Positions 59,416 through 64,000 of a stretch of DNA of 64,000 nt are shown piece after piece (position 1 is the first letter of the stretch; each line of letters begins with the position of its first letter). A program made the position numbers and the translations under genes. The stretch is from Desulfomonilia bacterium (GTDB lineage: Bacteria > Desulfobacterota > Desulfomonilia > UBA1062): contig JBEKDT010000001.1 of NCBI GenBank assembly GCA_050014195.1, positions 224,001-288,000 of the forward strand, read 5' to 3'. The notes below the pieces were generated by a model that was not told the DNA's origin, ran no database searches, and saw only the letters and a list, made by a program, of their open reading frames with translations.

Positions 59416-62400
59416 TCAAATCCTTTGGCATCCGGGTCCGATCAGGCTGCTACGCCCCCCTGTTTCGGGGATTACCTGTATCTGAGTGCTGATCCGCTCC
59501 TTCAGAGCCGTGACATGTGATATGACGCCGATCAGCTTTCCGTCCTGGCGTAGGCCGGCAAGGGTCTCTAGGGCCATTTCAAGTGCATCTTCATCAAGTG
59601 TCCCGAATCCTTCGTCGAGGAAGAGCGAATCCACACGAACCTTGTGGCTTGCCATCTGGGAAAGGCCCAATGCCAGAGCAAGGCTTACAATGAAACTTTC
59701 ACCGCCTGAGAGGTTCTTAGTCGAACGGATTTCTCCTGCCTGATAGTTGTCGATAACATTCAACTCGAGCGGTTGTGACACGTCACGTATGAGAACATAG
59801 CGATCCGTCATCTTCCTGAGCTGACGATTGGCATGCATGGTCATCATCTCAAACGTCAGGCCTTGGGCAAAATTTCTGAATTTCTTACCGTCGGCCGAGC
59901 CGATAAGTTCATGTAAGGCATCCCAACGGGTACATTCAGTTTTCTGGGCGTCAATGTTTTTGATTTTTTCCTGCTGCTTTACCCGTAGTTTTTCATTCTC
60001 GCTCAAGCTATTTATGATGCCGCCGATTTCTAGCCTTGTTTGTTTCAAGCTCGATTCGCATGAATTGATGCTTTCCTTAAGCGTCTCCAGGGGCTGATCT
60101 GTCAAATGTTTCTCTCGCTCCGCCGCCAGGGCTGCCGACTTGTCCTTCCGCCGGGCGTCAAGTTCCGTCTTCTCCCTGATCATGGCCTTCTCTTGTTCAG
60201 CGAGCCGTTCCCTCTCTTCTTCATTCATACAGGCAGACAGATAGTCGATCTCGTCTTCGAACCCAGTCCTCTTGATCCGCGCCATCAGATTTTGTTCCGC
60301 CTGTAGCAATTCGGTTGCTCGAAGGCCTGTTTTTTTTATCAGAGAATCTATCTTCTCCTTAAGGGCACTGATTTCTTTTTCTATCTGCACATGTTCTTCA
60401 CGTGCTTTTTCAAAGGCTTTATTGGCTTGATCCACTACATCCGCCAGGAGTTTTTCCTCTTGGTCGGCGTTCTTCTCCCCAAACAGATCACGGCGGGAAG
60501 CGCCCAAGGACTCATACTGTGCAATCAGATTATCGCGGTCCTTGCGCCTGTCCTCCGTATCATTTTCTAGTTTTCCCAGCAAGGCCTTGTCCTTATCAAT
60601 TCCAGCTTTTACGTCATTGATCTTTTTCTCAAGACCGTTTTTCTCTTCCTGCTTCGTCTGCCATGCATCTTTGCGCTCCGCAAGGTCTTTTAGGATGGAT
60701 TCAAGATCGGTTGAGGGGATCTCCCTGATCCCAAAAGGCTCGACATCCTTAAGCATAGTGATGCGAACTCTCTCCGTCTCTTCTTCTATGACTTCTATGT
60801 CTTTCTTCAGCCGCTCATGCTCACGACCGGCCGTATCGAGTCTATGCTTGGCGTCTTGTAGAGCCTTGACTGAGTTATCCAATTGCGTTCTTAATGCTTC
60901 CAGTACGTTTTGAGCTTGCTTATGCTTTTGGCCCATCTCTTCGGCTGCGGCTACAATTCCCGATATTTCAGCAATTCTTGCTTGAACATCTGCAATCTCA
61001 TCGTGTACTTTCCCGGCTCGATCTTCAGGGCTGGCCTTGATATTCAGTTTCAGCATGTTTTCGTCACATTGTTTTTCATCAGCATCCAGAGCTGACTTTT
61101 TCTCCTCCTGCTCTTTTTCAGCATGCCGTATATCCGCAATCGTCTTAGCTTGTCCGGTTTCCAGCTTGCTCAGCTTCTCAGAGACTCGTTTGAGTTCAGC
61201 CTTGGCTCTCTTTAAATCTTTTTCCGTTTTGTTCAATTCAGGGACATTACCCTTTGCATAGGGATGATCGATAGCACCGCACAGTGGGCATGGTTTACCG
61301 TCTTCAAGTCGCGCCCTCTCTTCTTCAAGGTCCCTGATACGACTGAGGAGAACGACTTGTGTCTCCAAATTTCCAATATTCCCTTCCAAAAGAATCTTTT
61401 TCTCGGCATGGGATTTTATCTCATCCGATACTTTCTCTTGATCAGTCGTTAATGTTTCAAGGCTTTTTTTCAGACTATCCAAGACCGAGCAAGTCTTGTC
61501 GATCCGATCAATGATTTCTCCTGTCTGTTTCAGAATACCCTCACGTTCTTTATGGGCATTATTTTCCTGATGCCACTGGCTGATCTCTCGTCCCTTGAGA
61601 GTGGCTGTGATCTTGTCGGTCAGAATCTTAAGGTCGTTTTGAGCCTTTTCAAATTCCTTGAGGGATTTTTCATGGTTGACCTCTATCGTCTTACACGCTG
61701 CAAGAGAAGACTTGTTTTCCTTGTCAGCGGCAGTAAGTGCTTTATGAGCTTTGATATTCCTTTCATCGAGGTCAAGTAGTGAAGTGAATACCTTGGAGAT
61801 TGCAGCAAGGTTTGTCTGAAGTGCGGCATCGGCAGCATTCTGTGTCAGGTAACCTAGGTTCGCTTTTAGCGCATCCTCCAATTTTTGCAGGTTCTGCAAG
61901 GCTTCATTGATTCTTATTTTATAATCCTCACTCTGCGTCGAAGCATCCGATATAGACTTCTCCTTGTCTTCAATATTCTTTTTCTGCTCGTTCATTCTGG
62001 CATCGAGGACGCGCACCTTTTTGATGACATCCGCTTCGGAACTCTGCTTTTTCCCTGCCTCATTCAGCCCTGTCTCTGCGGCCGTTTTTCTGTTCAACGC
62101 CTCTTCACAGGTTTTTCCCTTTACCGGCAGTGCGTTAAGTGCACCATCGAGTTCCTTTTTCTCGATGTCCTGCTGAGCACGCAAAGCAGCCACTACCCGG
62201 TAGTCTCCTTCGAGAGCGAGCGCCCTGCGCGATTTCTCAAGCTTCTTCCCATACGGCTCAAACGCCTGGAAGCGTTTCTCAAAATCCTCCTTCTGTTTAT
62301 CAAGTTCGCTGATTCCCTTTTCCAGGGTAGCAATGGTTTCAAGCCATGCGGTAGCCTTGCGAAGGCTTTCGAGCTGAACACCCAGTTCCATTTCAGAAGA

Positions 62401-63087
62401 CTGCTTTTCTTTAAGATTCGTTTGCAGAACCCTTTCCTCATCCGTGCTTAATAACTGGATGCCTTTCAATTCAGCCAGTAACAACTCAAGCTTGTCCCGC
62501 TCTTCTCCCCGGCGCTCATGGACCTTCATGGATATCAGGCTGTAGATTTCGGTTCCGGTAATCTGTTCAAGGATTGGTGCTCTCCCATCAGGAGGGGCCT
62601 GGAGAAACGCGGCGAATCCACCCTGTGCTAGCAGCATGGAACGGGTGAAGCGCTCAAAGTCCATGCCGGTTGCTTCTTCAATGAATCCGGCCACCTGGAG
62701 TATCCTTGATTCCAAGACCGTCCCGGATACGGCGTCTGCCACTTCATGCCTTGCCGGCTGCAGCTCCCCTTCAGGTTTTCTTCTGGCCCGATGCTGGCTC
62801 CAGTGGCAACGGTAGCGGCCTTTCTGCGTCTCAAAGGTGACCTCGGCAAAGCATTCTCCTGTCTGGCGCGACATGATCTCGTTGCTGCTTTTTGTAACCT
62901 TATCGAGGCGTGGTGTGCTGCCATAAAGCCCGAGGCATATGGCATCAAGGATGGTTGTCTTTCCTGAGCCCGTGGGGCCGGTGATGGCAAATATGCCGTC
63001 GGATGAATACTCCGGGTGGGTAAAATCGATATACCATCCCCCGGTGAGTGAATTCAGGTTCTTGAATCGAACACCGAGTATCCTCAT
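59416..63087 (-). CDS. sbcC: SbcC/Rad50-family SMC ATPase
   Basis: GPTGSGKT, LAQGGFAAFL, coiled coils, zinc hook CPLCG, LSGGE, DEGFGTLD, ISH. Confidence 0.93.
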   Translation of the reverse strand: MRILGVRFKNLNSLTGGWYIDFTHPEYSSDGIFAITGPTGSGKTTILDAICLGLYGSTPRLDKVTKSSNEIMSRQTGECFAEVTFETQKGRYRCHWSQHRARRKPEGELQPARHEVADAVSGTVLESRILQVAGFIEEATGMDFERFTRSMLLAQGGFAAFLQAPPDGRAPILEQITGTEIYSLISMKVHERRGEERDKLELLLAELKGIQLLSTDEERVLQTNLKEKQSSEMELGVQLESLRKATAWLETIATLEKGISELDKQKEDFEKRFQAFEPYGKKLEKSRRALALEGDYRVVAALRAQQDIEKKELDGALNALPVKGKTCEEALNRKTAAETGLNEAGKKQSSEADVIKKVRVLDARMNEQKKNIEDKEKSISDASTQSEDYKIRINEALQNLQKLEDALKANLGYLTQNAADAALQTNLAAISKVFTSLLDLDERNIKAHKALTAADKENKSSLAACKTIEVNHEKSLKEFEKAQNDLKILTDKITATLKGREISQWHQENNAHKEREGILKQTGEIIDRIDKTCSVLDSLKKSLETLTTDQEKVSDEIKSHAEKKILLEGNIGNLETQVVLLSRIRDLEEERARLEDGKPCPLCGAIDHPYAKGNVPELNKTEKDLKRAKAELKRVSEKLSKLETGQAKTIADIRHAEKEQEEKKSALDADEKQCDENMLKLNIKASPEDRAGKVHDEIADVQARIAEISGIVAAAEEMGQKHKQAQNVLEALRTQLDNSVKALQDAKHRLDTAGREHERLKKDIEVIEEETERVRITMLKDVEPFGIREIPSTDLESILKDLAERKDAWQTKQEEKNGLEKKINDVKAGIDKDKALLGKLENDTEDRRKDRDNLIAQYESLGASRRDLFGEKNADQEEKLLADVVDQANKAFEKAREEHVQIEKEISALKEKIDSLIKKTGLRATELLQAEQNLMARIKRTGFEDEIDYLSACMNEEERERLAEQEKAMIREKTELDARRKDKSAALAAEREKHLTDQPLETLKESINSCESSLKQTRLEIGGIINSLSENEKLRVKQQEKIKNIDAQKTECTRWDALHELIGSADGKKFRNFAQGLTFEMMTMHANRQLRKMTDRYVLIRDVSQPLELNVIDNYQAGEIRSTKNLSGGESFIVSLALALGLSQMASHKVRVDSLFLDEGFGTLDEDALEMALETLAGLRQDGKLIGVISHVTALKERISTQIQVIPETGGRSSLIGPGCQRI

Positions 63088-63097
63088 GCCTGTTCTC

Positions 63098-64000
63098 CTA
63101 CTGCGCCATCGGATCTGCCTCATTCAGGGATACGATGATCTCCTGGTAGGCACTCAAAAGAACCGGTTGCTGATCCTCAGGGACCTCGTGCGATTGAAGG
63201 CAGCGTTTGAACACGTCGGTCACATCCAGGTTGTCAAGCGTTTCCTCCGTGTCCATGCCCTTCATAGACAATTCCAGTACCCGGTTGTTCTTAATGCGGA
63301 GGATCTCAAGGCCGGTATTTTCGATGGTCTCGTCCAACCGATCGCGCAGACTTCCTGCGATCTCATCACCTTCATAGACTATCTCCAGCCATGCACTGCT
63401 ACCTTCAGCCTTCAGGTCATTGATGGCACTTTCAATGATCTGCCAATCCCCCCGCAGGGTCTTCAGCATCTGGAACCTGGGGATGGGAACATTCGTGACA
63501 TTGGGTGCATTACCTGAAAACTCCACGAAGACTAAGCTCTTTTCCTGTTGCGCCTCTCCAAACCCGATGGGCAGGGGTGAACCTGAATAGCGTATGAAAT
63601 CAGATCCGCCCACCCTTTGTGGGACATGGAGATGCCCAAGGGCAAGGTAGTCGATGGATTCAGGGAATACATCCGATCTGACTTGGGCCAGGGAACCGAT
63701 ATAGAGTTCACGCACTCCATCACCGTCAACAGTCTGGCCGCCTGCGGCGAAAAGATGCCCCATGGCGACGATGGGTATGGGCTTCTCCATCTGTGACCTC
63801 TTCTGTTCGGCTGCTTCACACACCATACGGTAATGGGTTCTGATACCTTCTATGATCTTACGTTCCTTGTCCTCAACGCTCTCTCCGGCCTCAGCGGTGC
63901 GGATATCACGGTCCCGTAAATAAGGAATGGCGCAGACGATGAGCCGAGGCTCGTGATCTGGACCGGTCAGCACAATGAGTTCATTTGTGGGGGGGTCAGA
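63098..64000 (-). CDS. sbcD: SbcD/Mre11-family nuclease (5' truncated by window)
   Basis: MGHLF, DYLALGHLH, RYSGSP..F.E; upstream of sbcC. Confidence 0.92.
   Translation of the reverse strand, partial: SDPPTNELIVLTGPDHEPRLIVCAIPYLRDRDIRTAEAGESVEDKERKIIEGIRTHYRMVCEAAEQKRSQMEKPIPIVAMGHLFAAGGQTVDGDGVRELYIGSLAQVRSDVFPESIDYLALGHLHVPQRVGGSDFIRYSGSPLPIGFGEAQQEKSLVFVEFSGNAPNVTNVPIPRFQMLKTLRGDWQIIESAINDLKAEGSSAWLEIVYEGDEIAGSLRDRLDETIENTGLEILRIKNNRVLELSMKGMDTEETLDNLDVTDVFKRCLQSHEVPEDQQPVLLSAYQEIIVSLNEADPMAQ

Noticed and set aside
1-64000. CRISPR array, rRNA, prophage, retron or riboswitch
   Set aside because: No regularly spaced repeats, cas, reverse transcriptase, phage structural genes or recognisable riboswitch consensus seen by eye; covariance searches were not run.

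Overview
Bacterial chromosomal window. Gene content and order (lysS-lolCE-lolD-bamA-skp-lpx cluster, F0-only atp operon, DVU0524-like/flgM pair) suggest a Desulfobacterota/deltaproteobacterium. 1-45 kb is mostly housekeeping: an aminotransferase with a Liv-type ABC transporter, gdhA and a receiver-PPDK_N protein, F0 ATP synthase genes, a sigma54-driven flgFGAHIJNK-csrA operon with a divergent sigma28-driven flgM, csp, lysS, and the OM/lipid A cluster ending in a REP doublet and tRNA-Cys. Directly after the tRNA is an AT-rich island (about 45.2-57.8 kb), the main discovery candidate. It encodes an SspABCD-like DNA phosphorothioation module (cysteine desulfurase, DUF4007, large ATPase, PAPS-reductase fold). 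Instead of a recognisable SspE, this is coupled to an SF2 helicase, a MORC-type GHKL ATPase and a PLD nuclease, with a membrane-anchored nucleoside-deoxyribosyltransferase-like gene on the other arm. Both arms appear to be driven from one symmetric bidirectional promoter. An intact IS5-family element and sbcCD follow. Smaller oddities include a 28-codon FlgK-tail-like ORF where flgL normally lies and a probable CTG start for lolC/E. All family calls come from motif recognition by eye; no searches were run.
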